DNA of 37,176 nucleotides from NCBI GenBank assembly GCA_937975655.1, contig CALJTZ010000423.1:1-37176 (forward strand). Direction: 5' to 3'. Both the position numbers and the translations under genes were made by a program. How positions within the stretch are numbered: the stretch's first letter is position 1; each line of letters begins with the position of its first letter. The notes beneath the pieces were generated by a model. That model was not told where the DNA came from, did no database searches, and worked only from the letters and a program-made list of their open reading frames with translations. The DNA comes from an uncultured Synechococcus sp. GTDB taxonomy: Bacteria; Cyanobacteriota; Cyanobacteriia; PCC-6307; Cyanobiaceae. Below, in pieces: positions 27,328 to 34,838 of this stretch.

Positions 27328-27896
27328 TGCTGCTGCCTTTCCTCACGCCGCCAGCACCGTCTACCACGCGGCGCATTGGCAACAGCCGCTGCGGCACCCT
27401 GGAGATTGAAGTGCGTGGTGGCCTGACGGTCGGCGAGAGTGCCGTGATTGCTGAGCTGCTGGCCGCTGAGCAAAGCAGCTTTGTCAAAGGCGCCCAGATC
27501 GCCGATGCCATTGCCAAAGAGGAATCCATCAGCCTCTCGGAAGCCTTTTCCATCATTGAAGGGGCCATCTCTGGCCGTGCGTTAGAGGAGCAAGCAGCGG
27601 CGATCCGCCTGCGACATGCGACCCGTATTGAAGAGGTGGCCCGCGTCTATGCCGCCGCTGGTCAGCGCAACATGGAGGCCAGCGTGACCGCCCTGGTGCG
27701 CTCCCGTCTGCAGTTGCCCCAGTTCTCCTTGGAAGACACGCGGCAGTTGGATCGGGCCCTGTTCAACGACCTCTGGCAGTTGATTGTGGACGAGCAGGCT
27801 GCCGAAGCGATGACCCCGGAAGCGGTCACGGAGGAGGAGCTGGGAAAGCCGCAGCCGGCAGCTGGGAAAAGCCGCAAACGGACTGGAACGCCATAG
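27327..27896 (+). CDS. Tail assembly chaperone (gpG-like)
   Basis: Ends EEELGK on slippery G GGA AAG (27842-27848). Confidence 0.75.
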   Translation: MLLPFLTPPAPSTTRRIGNSRCGTLEIEVRGGLTVGESAVIAELLAAEQSSFVKGAQIADAIAKEESISLSEAFSIIEGAISGRALEEQAAAIRLRHATRIEEVARVYAAAGQRNMEASVTALVRSRLQLPQFSLEDTRQLDRALFNDLWQLIVDEQAAEAMTPEAVTEEELGKPQPAAGKSRKRTGTP

Positions 27897-28525
27897 CGGC
27901 TGAGCTGTTCCACAGCTATGCCGGCCAGTACCAGCGCAGCAGCTTCCACCGCGAGTTACGGATGGAAGTGCTGCAGATGTGGCACCAGCTGCAACGCATC
28001 CGCCGGGATCAAGCGGCTGTTACCGAGCTGCCCGTGGCCCAGCTGGTGGCGCTGACGGCCAACATCAACCGCGACAGCAAGAAGCAACCCAAGCCCTTCG
28101 GCACTACAGACTTCTGCCTGTTCCGCCACGACGAGCCTGATCGTCAGCAGTTGAGTGCAGCGGTGGCCGCCGTGGCCCTCGACCTGCGGCATGAGGATCG
28201 CTGCCCGCCGCTGCTGTTGGCCGCTTGGCCGCAGGTGCTGGCGGCTGTCAAAGACGGCACCCGCACGCCAGAGCTGCGGGCCTTGCACTCCGACGATGAG
28301 GCGGTCTGGATCCTGGCCCCGCAGTGGGAAGGCCTCAACTGCCGAGGCGGCCTGGTGTTGGTGCGAGGGCAGATCAGCGGCACCATCACCGTGCGTGATC
28401 TAGATCGGCCTTTAATGGTCCACCGTTTGGTGCTGCCCCAGCGGCCGGGGTTCGGCTGGCTGGAAGCAGGGCTATTGCTGCTGGGGGAAAACTACAACCA
28501 TGAACCTGCTGAGCCTCCGTACTGA
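27842..28525 (+). CDS. gpT-like frame, reached by -1 frameshift (G-T fusion)
   Basis: The -1 frame is open from 27842 and continuous with ORF 27962..28525; ANINRDSKKQPKPF. Confidence 0.75.
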   Translation, partial: GKAAAGSWEKPQTDWNAIAAELFHSYAGQYQRSSFHRELRMEVLQMWHQLQRIRRDQAAVTELPVAQLVALTANINRDSKKQPKPFGTTDFCLFRHDEPDRQQLSAAVAAVALDLRHEDRCPPLLLAAWPQVLAAVKDGTRTPELRALHSDDEAVWILAPQWEGLNCRGGLVLVRGQISGTITVRDLDRPLMVHRLVLPQRPGFGWLEAGLLLLGENYNHEPAEPPY

Positions 28526-28898
28526 GCTGGAAACCACCCTGGTGGATGTGCTCGGCTCGTACCTGTTGGCCAATGGCATGAGCACGCCAGCGATCAGCGT
28601 GCGGGCCGTGGGGGAAAGCCTGCCGGCAGGCACCACCGTGACCGGGCTGGAATGCGTGATCCTGCGCGAGCCTGAGCTGGTGCCAGTGCGGCAGTACCGC
28701 CAGGAGCAAGCCTTCAGCCGCTGGACGGTGTACCTCGTGGACTGGGGCGGTGATGCGGCCATGCAGGACGTGGCCGGCCGGTTGATCTGGGCCTACCCCG
28801 GCACTAATGCCGTCTCGGTCACCGTGCCCAAAGGCGTCGGGCCACGCTCTCAGATGCGCCTGGACATCCAGACCAACCCCGACAAGGTGGTGGGCTGA
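28500..28898 (+). CDS. Putative tail terminator-like protein
   Basis: 132 aa, PAISV...WTVYLVDW; function inferred from size and context. Confidence 0.55.
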   Translation: MNLLSLRTELETTLVDVLGSYLLANGMSTPAISVRAVGESLPAGTTVTGLECVILREPELVPVRQYRQEQAFSRWTVYLVDWGGDAAMQDVAGRLIWAYPGTNAVSVTVPKGVGPRSQMRLDIQTNPDKVVG

Positions 28899-28915
28899 GC
28901 AGGGAAAGCTTGGTT

Positions 28916-29260
28916 ATGGCCATCACACCCGCTGCCTACAACATCCGCCCCCAGCGCCGGGCTGATTTTGAGCTGGCTGTTCAATTCAAGGATTCAGGTG
29001 GCACTGGCCTCAACGTCTCGGGTTGGACGGTGTTGGCTCAGGTGTGGAACAAAGAGCGCACCACCAAGTACGGCGATTTCACGGTCACGACTGTCAATGC
29101 CAGCATCGGCAGCGTCAAGCTGACCCTGCCCTATGCCGTCACGGCCACGCTGCCCGAAGAGGCCCGGTACGACGTGATGCTGATCAATGCCACCGGCCTG
29201 CGCGAGTATTACCTAGAAGGCATCGTCCGGCCCAGCGAGGGCTACACCGCACCGAGCTAA
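28916..29260 (+). CDS. Baseplate-upper/fibre adaptor-like protein
   Basis: YNI....ADF....KD..G...V.G....AQV, YDV....YYLEG pattern. Confidence 0.7.
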   Translation: MAITPAAYNIRPQRRADFELAVQFKDSGGTGLNVSGWTVLAQVWNKERTTKYGDFTVTTVNASIGSVKLTLPYAVTATLPEEARYDVMLINATGLREYYLEGIVRPSEGYTAPS

Positions 29261-29263
29261 CCC

Positions 29264-29548
29264 ATGGCCAACAGCGTTGAGGTGCTCAGCTCCGGCCAGG
29301 TGGTCGTCACCGAGGTGGCCGAGCAGGTCATTGAGATCAGGACGGCCACTACGCCGCTCACCGTGGAGGTGGCTACCGAAGGCCCGCAAGGGCCCAGTGG
29401 CTCACTGATCGCCCTAGGTGATCTCACCGACGTGCAAGACGCCGCCAGGGTCAACGGCAGCGTGCTTTGTTACGACGCCGCCACCGACACTTGGCGGGGC
29501 GATGACATCAACACCACGTTGACCTTGACGGACGGCGGCAACTTCTGA
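29264..29548 (+). CDS. Short tail-fibre-associated protein
   Basis: GPQGP, LGDLTDV, ends DGGNF. Confidence 0.75.
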   Translation: MANSVEVLSSGQVVVTEVAEQVIEIRTATTPLTVEVATEGPQGPSGSLIALGDLTDVQDAARVNGSVLCYDAATDTWRGDDINTTLTLTDGGNF

Positions 29549-29586
29549 GGGCAGGAAACCTAGCCCTATAAGGAGTTCTTGCGTCC

Positions 29587-30357
29587 GTGGCCAACACCAT
29601 CCGCATCAAGCGCCGTGCCTCCGGTGCGTCCGGTGCTCCCAGCTCGTTGGCCAATGCCGAGCTGGCTTTTAACGAAGTCAGCGACGTTCTCTACTACGGC
29701 AAAGGCACCGGTGGTGCGGGTGGCGTGGCCACCACCGTTGAGGCCATTGGTGGTGTTGGCGCTTTCGTCAGCCTCTCGGCGAACCAGACGGTCACCGGCA
29801 CTAAGACCTTCACCGGCAGCCTGGCGCTCACCGGGGCCACCATCGACGGCTTCACCACCACCGGGAACGTGGTGGTCGGCGGGAACCTCACCGTCAACGG
29901 CACCACCACCACCATCAACAGCACCACGCTGGCGGTGGATGACAAGAACATCATCCTGGGCGACATTGCCACGCCCACCGATGTCACAGCAGATGGCGGT
30001 GGCTTCACGCTCAAAGGCGCCACCGATAAGACCTTCAACTGGGTCAATGCCACCGATAGCTGGACCTCCAGCGAAGACATCGACCTGGCCAGCGGCCGGG
30101 TCTACCGCGTCAACGGCACCACGGTGCTCAGCGGCAGCGCCTTGGGCACTGGTGTCACCAGCTCCAGCCTAACCAGCGTTGGCACGCTAACCAGCGGCAC
30201 CTGGAACGCCTCGGCCATTGGCGTGGCCTACGGCGGCACCGGCGTGACCACGTTGACCGGGCTTGTGAAGGGCAATGGCACCAGCGCTTTCACGGCAGCA
30301 GTGGCCGGCACGGACTACCTGAGCCCCAACAGCGAGATCGACGGCGGCAGTTTCTGA
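29587..30357 (+). CDS. Tail fibre protein
   Basis: IRIKRR..ELAFN..LYYG N-terminus; GNLTVNGTTTTINST; ends IDGGSF. Confidence 0.85.
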   Translation: MANTIRIKRRASGASGAPSSLANAELAFNEVSDVLYYGKGTGGAGGVATTVEAIGGVGAFVSLSANQTVTGTKTFTGSLALTGATIDGFTTTGNVVVGGNLTVNGTTTTINSTTLAVDDKNIILGDIATPTDVTADGGGFTLKGATDKTFNWVNATDSWTSSEDIDLASGRVYRVNGTTVLSGSALGTGVTSSSLTSVGTLTSGTWNASAIGVAYGGTGVTTLTGLVKGNGTSAFTAAVAGTDYLSPNSEIDGGSF

Positions 30358-30416
30358 GGCGAGAGGCGGCCGGCAACTTAGGCGGTCCGGCTACATAGCC
30401 ACCAAGGGACTGCCAT

Positions 30417-31055
30417 ATGGCCAATCTGATCAAGTTTCGCCGAAGTGCCGTGCCTGGCAAAAGGCCGGCCGTCTCAGACATCACGCCAGGCGAGCTGGCG
30501 ATCAATACCTTTGATGGAAAGGTATACACAAACAAGGATACTGGCTCTAGGTCCATTGTTGAAGTTAGCAATATCAACAGGTGGGGTGACACGTGCGTTG
30601 GTCGCGTATCTATTGGGGCTCCTGGTGACTTTGACTTTGGCATTGCAGATCCGCCGGCAAGCGAGTATCAGCTGTCGGCAGTCGCTCGGCGTGATGGGGC
30701 TAATGCAAAAGGCATGTGGCCGATCAGCATTGCTGGCAGCGCTTCTACTGCAACAACAGCCGCAGCATTGGCAACCGGCAGGACGTTTTCACTGACTGGT
30801 GATGTCACAGGGACATCAGCCGCATGGACTGGCAGTACAAACATCAGCATCGCAACAACACTAATTGCTGAGTTTTCTGCTGTTGCAATGCTGAGAGAGC
30901 GAGCGGCAATGACAAGCAATGCAGCTTTCAGCGTCGGTGCTCCAGGGCAGGTTCCGTTTGGAGTTGGACCTGTTCTCCCCCCAGGCATGGCGGTTGGCGG
31001 CATCGGACCCGACGCCTACAACCCTGTTCACCTTGCTTCTGGGAGCTTCTGCTGA
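30417..31055 (+). CDS. Tail fibre protein with an Mtd-N-like N-terminus
   Basis: IKFRRSAVPGKRP...GELAINTFDGKVY; ATGRTFSLTGDVTG. Confidence 0.75.
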   Translation: MANLIKFRRSAVPGKRPAVSDITPGELAINTFDGKVYTNKDTGSRSIVEVSNINRWGDTCVGRVSIGAPGDFDFGIADPPASEYQLSAVARRDGANAKGMWPISIAGSASTATTAAALATGRTFSLTGDVTGTSAAWTGSTNISIATTLIAEFSAVAMLRERAAMTSNAAFSVGAPGQVPFGVGPVLPPGMAVGGIGPDAYNPVHLASGSFC

Positions 31056-31222
31056 TGGCCCTTCTTCCGTCCACGGGGTTTCCGGCCACAGCGCCGGCTG
31101 CCCAGCCCAGCTTGCAAAAGCTGCAGCAATTTGACCCAGACACGCTGCCCATCGGCAGCCCCGGCGCTACCGGCTATGGCGGTCGCTCGGTGGTGATTCC
31201 GACCTCTGCTTCTCACATGTGA
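31055..31222 (+). CDS. Hypothetical protein, 55 aa
   Basis: TGATG overlaps at both ends; contains IGSPGATGYG. Confidence 0.6.
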   Translation: MALLPSTGFPATAPAAQPSLQKLQQFDPDTLPIGSPGATGYGGRSVVIPTSASHM

Positions 31223-31503
31223 TGACCATGGACTTCCGCTTCTTCAAGGCTGAGCCTGAGCCCACCGCCAACGTGCAGTGGCCGCCCAATGAGCCTGGTG
31301 TTGAACCCTTGTTCACCCTGGTGGCGCTGCAGCGTGATGCTGATCCCGACGCCAACACCCACACCGGCTTCGATTACTTCGGCGCCTATGGCGACGCGTT
31401 TGAAATCGACAACTGGGCCTCGATGCAGCCGGTGACGCCCATCGACAAGAACGACCTGCCCGACCCCGTGACCTTCTACCCCGCCCCCTTCAACGAGGCC
31501 TGA
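31222..31503 (+). CDS. Hypothetical acidic protein (possible fibre chaperone/adaptor)
   Basis: Coupled ORF directly upstream of the DGR target. Confidence 0.7.
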   Translation: MTMDFRFFKAEPEPTANVQWPPNEPGVEPLFTLVALQRDADPDANTHTGFDYFGAYGDAFEIDNWASMQPVTPIDKNDLPDPVTFYPAPFNEA

Positions 31504-31507
31504 TCCG

Positions 31508-33049
31508 ATGACTGCAACCATCACCCCGTTGCTCCGCGTCAAGGAGCGCATTGTTGGCCCCTCGGGCCTCTTCAACATCGAAAACGAGTGGTACGGCTAC
31601 CGCGATCAGTGGCGCTACACCGTGGGTCTGGCCGGCATGAGCGGCTTTGGCATCGGCTGCTGCCCGCCTGAGCTGCTGCCTGCGGACTTTGCTCCGCTGA
31701 GCAGTGGCACCTATGACCCCCTGCGTGAGCACGCCCACTTCGGGAATTACATCCACCTCCCGAGTGCTTCGATTGTGTGCTTCATCCCGGCGCACTACAT
31801 CGAGGTGCAGGCCACGGGCAACACCAGCGCCCCGACCTTCGGCACCAAGGTGATCATCAGTGACACCCAATCTGGCAACGGGGTCCTGCCCAAGGCCTTC
31901 ACCGATGGCGGGCTGAGCCTGATCGGCGTGTTTGTGGACAAGTACCAGATCTCCAACGGCAAGCCCGATGGCTCTGGCTCCCCGAACCACACCAATGGCC
32001 CTGGTGGCACCCCGCTGACCGGCGGCATTGCGGTGTCCCGGCCCCTGCATTGGCCCGTGAGCCCCACCACCAAGGACGATGGCGGTACGGACTGGAATAG
32101 CCCCTTCAGTCTGTGCAACAGCACGGCGCTGAACAGCGCTGCGGGCACCCCCGCCAACAACCTCGGCGGCGTGTGGGCCCTGGTGAAGACCCGCGGCGCG
32201 GACTTTGCTCCCTGCCCGCTGTGGATCCGCAGCCAGATCGCCTACCTGTCCCTGGCCCACGCCCAGGCCCTGCTGGATGGCGGCGGTGCCCCGATTGCTG
32301 GTGCCACCACCAAGGCGGCCTGGATGGACGTGGCGCCCTACGCACCCAAGGGCAACAACAACTACGGCTCGGACGTGAACAAGTCCAGCCTGCAGTTCGC
32401 CCGCACCGACCTGACGGGGCACAACGGCAGCGGCTACGCCGGCCGCTCGAACCGTGCCTTCACCGGCGCCGCCCGGATCAGCGGTGCTGCAGCCACTGAG
32501 CAGACCACCCACAACGGCCAGCTCAGCGGGATCGTGGACGTGAACGGCAACCAGTGGGAGTGCTCCCCTGGCCTGACCAACAGCGGCGGCGGCAACGGTG
32601 GTTTCCGCCTGTTCCCGAGCAGCGGGCTGTGGACCAACACCACAGGCAATGCCTCGATCACAGGCGCCACTGGTGTGCTGTCCCTGGCGGCTGAGAGCGC
32701 TGCGGCGGCCGACGACGGCATCTGGTTCGGCAGTGCCGGCTGGAGCTACCTGGTGGCCCACAGCGGCGGCACCTTCCACCCCTCCAGCGGGTTCTCGAAT
32801 GCCACCAAGCGGGCGATGACCGAGTGCCTGATCCCACGGGAGTTGGGCACCAGCGCCAGCCAGACCAGCACCAACATCTTTGGTGGTGACGGGGTGTACC
32901 GCAGCAGCCCGAACGACCTGCTGCCGCGTGTTGGGGGCGACTGGAGCAGCACCGCCTACGCGGGGGTGTTCGTCGTCGATCTCAACGACGGTTCCAGCGC
33001 CGCGAACGACAGCCGTGGCGCTCGTGCCGTCCGCCTTCTGTCCGCGTGA
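31508..33049 (+). CDS. DGR target protein with a C-terminal CLec (FGE-type) fold; probable receptor-binding protein
   Basis: FVDKYQ, TTHNGQLSGIVDVNGNQWE, RVGGDW...AGVF...GARAV; 3' end matches TR. Confidence 0.93.
   Translation: MTATITPLLRVKERIVGPSGLFNIENEWYGYRDQWRYTVGLAGMSGFGIGCCPPELLPADFAPLSSGTYDPLREHAHFGNYIHLPSASIVCFIPAHYIEVQATGNTSAPTFGTKVIISDTQSGNGVLPKAFTDGGLSLIGVFVDKYQISNGKPDGSGSPNHTNGPGGTPLTGGIAVSRPLHWPVSPTTKDDGGTDWNSPFSLCNSTALNSAAGTPANNLGGVWALVKTRGADFAPCPLWIRSQIAYLSLAHAQALLDGGGAPIAGATTKAAWMDVAPYAPKGNNNYGSDVNKSSLQFARTDLTGHNGSGYAGRSNRAFTGAARISGAAATEQTTHNGQLSGIVDVNGNQWECSPGLTNSGGGNGGFRLFPSSGLWTNTTGNASITGATGVLSLAAESAAAADDGIWFGSAGWSYLVAHSGGTFHPSSGFSNATKRAMTECLIPRELGTSASQTSTNIFGGDGVYRSSPNDLLPRVGGDWSSTAYAGVFVVDLNDGSSAANDSRGARAVRLLSA
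32915..33033 (+). repeat. DGR variable repeat (VR), including the GC-rich/IMH end
   Basis: Ungapped match to 33455-33573 (offset 540) with 18 mismatches. Confidence 0.97.
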
Positions 33050-33080
33050 GCGGACATGTGGGGGAGGCGACAGCCTCCCC
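33039..33080 (+). promoter_or_regulatory. Two tandem hairpins 3' of VR (target-recognition element)
   Basis: TGTCCGC-GTGA-GCGGACA (33039-33056) and GGGGAGGC-GACA-GCCTCCCC (33061-33080). Confidence 0.85.
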
Positions 33081-33456
33081 TTCTCCTCCAGAAGGACTGG
33101 ACAAGCGCCAGGAGCGCTACTGGCTTATCGAGAGGCGCTGCAAAGACCTCTGCCTCTACCTGGACGTCCTCACCCGGAACATGCCCAGGTACGAGAAGTA
33201 CATCCTTTCGGCCAAAATGCGGGAGATCGGCTATCTCTGTCTGGAACTGGCCATTGCTGCCAACAAGAAGCAGCACAAAAAGACCGACCTCACACGCTTC
33301 AACGTGCAGCATGAGTTCCTCCGCCAGCTGCTCAACCTGGCAGTGGAAGCCAAGCACATTGATCCCAGACGCCACCGCATTGCCTGCGAGAAGCTCGACG
33401 AAGTTGGCAGACTCCTAGGCGGCTGGCTACGCTCTGAACTCAGGGCGGACTCCTGA
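33046..33456 (+). CDS. avd: Accessory variability determinant (four-helix bundle)
   Basis: MPRYEKYIL...LRQLLNLA...LDEVGRLLGGW; lies between VR and TR. Confidence 0.92.
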   Translation: MSGHVGEATASPSPPEGLDKRQERYWLIERRCKDLCLYLDVLTRNMPRYEKYILSAKMREIGYLCLELAIAANKKQHKKTDLTRFNVQHEFLRQLLNLAVEAKHIDPRRHRIACEKLDEVGRLLGGWLRSELRADS

Positions 33457-33573
33457 CATGCTGCCGATTGTTGGGGGCAACTGGAACAACACCGCCAACG
33501 CGGGGGTGTTCAACGTCAATCTCAACAACGATTCCAGCAACGCGAACAACAACAATGGCGCTCGTGCCGTCCG
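33455..33573 (+). repeat. DGR template repeat (TR)
   Basis: 13 AAC/AAT codons; 17 of 18 differences from VR are at TR adenines. Confidence 0.97.
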
Positions 33574-33711
33574 ACTCCAGCGCATTCACGCCAGGTGAAG
33601 ATCCTCAAGGGGAGCTTCCGTGCCGTGCTGAAGGGAGGGAGTTCGTCCTTGAGCCCTCGGGCTCTCAATAGCCGGGTCGGGTGATTCCAGTAGCTCTGCG
33701 ACCGTCTCACC

Positions 33712-34752
33712 ATGCCCCACAAACTTGGCAACCTCTGGCCCCAAATCGCCAGCTACGAGGGGCTGTTGGATGCCTGGAAGGAAGTGCGCAGCGGCAAGGG
33801 AAGCAAGAGCCTGATCCTCCGCTACGAGAGCAACCTGGCCGTCAACCTCTCCCGCCTGGAGGCCAGGCTGCTGGATGGGCGCTACAGGCCCCATGAGCAC
33901 TACGAGTTCTGGATCAAAGATCCCAAGCCACGGCTGATTCAGGCGCCGTTTCTGGAGGATCGGATCGTGCAGCACGCGGTCTGCAATGCGTTGCGGGTGC
34001 CGCTGCAGCACCGGCTGATCGCACACACCTACAGCTGCCTGATTGGTCGCGGCACACACCGCTGCAGCAAGCAGTTGCACGTCTATCTGAGAGATCAACG
34101 CTGGAAGTATTACCTCGGGTTGGACATCAGCAAGTTCTTCTACAGCATCAATCACCGCTCTCTCTATGCAGAGATGTGCCGCCACATCAAATGCAAGCCC
34201 ACGCTTGAGTTGCTATGGCAGTTCATCAAGGTCAATGGCGGGGACTGCGGGATCCCCATTGGTGCCAGCACCAGCCAGATCATGGCCAACATGGCACTCA
34301 ACCCCCTCGATCACTTCGCCCGGCGTGAGCTGAAGCTCGGCACGTACCTGCGCTACTGCGACGACATGATCGCCCTGTTCGAGACGGCTGAGCAGGCCCA
34401 TGCCGCCCACCAGGCCATGGCCGCGAAGGTGGAGGAGCTGGGCCTGAAGCTCAACAGCAAGAGCGGTGTGGGCTGGATTGCTGATGGCGTGGACTGGGTT
34501 GGCTATCGCCACTGGCGCGGGTACAAGCTGATCCGCAAGCGCTCGCTCAAGCGCCTCAAGCGCAAGGCCAGGGGCGGCTGCAGCCTGGAAACAACGATGG
34601 CCTACCTCAGCCATGCCAAAGACACCGCCAGCCTCAGACACGTCGCTGGTGTGCTGTGGCGAGCAAATCGTGAACAGAGACCAGAGATTTATCACTGGCT
34701 TCGGAAGCACCGACCGATTCTGCTCAATCGGGTCATGCAATCTGCCTGTTGA
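33712..34752 (+). CDS. DGR reverse transcriptase
   Basis: KPRLI.AP...DRIVQHA, LDISKFF, GIPIGASTSQ (DGR-type SQ), RYCDD, DWVGY; 346 aa. Confidence 0.96.
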   Translation: MPHKLGNLWPQIASYEGLLDAWKEVRSGKGSKSLILRYESNLAVNLSRLEARLLDGRYRPHEHYEFWIKDPKPRLIQAPFLEDRIVQHAVCNALRVPLQHRLIAHTYSCLIGRGTHRCSKQLHVYLRDQRWKYYLGLDISKFFYSINHRSLYAEMCRHIKCKPTLELLWQFIKVNGGDCGIPIGASTSQIMANMALNPLDHFARRELKLGTYLRYCDDMIALFETAEQAHAAHQAMAAKVEELGLKLNSKSGVGWIADGVDWVGYRHWRGYKLIRKRSLKRLKRKARGGCSLETTMAYLSHAKDTASLRHVAGVLWRANREQRPEIYHWLRKHRPILLNRVMQSAC

Positions 34753-34838
34753 ATTGCTGTGGCATAAAGGAATCACCATCCCGCCGGGGGCGCATCCTGT
34801 CCACGGCCATCAGTGCTGAATTCAACTTGGCCGACGGC

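Larger units (their letters stand above)
31508..34752 (+). mobile_element. Diversity-generating retroelement (target-VR, avd, TR, RT)
   Basis: All four components present in the canonical BPP-1-like order. Confidence 0.97.

Noticed and set aside
21915..31503. Second DGR target/VR in other tail genes
   Set aside because: No further match to TR seen by eye; remote targets outside the window cannot be excluded
33455..33573. AAC-rich stretch as microsatellite or CRISPR-like repeat
   Set aside because: Fully explained as the DGR template repeat; no repeat-spacer periodicity
33712..34752. Group II intron, retron or Abi-type RT
   Set aside because: Short, no maturase or endonuclease domain, has the DGR-type SQ motif, and sits beside avd and TR
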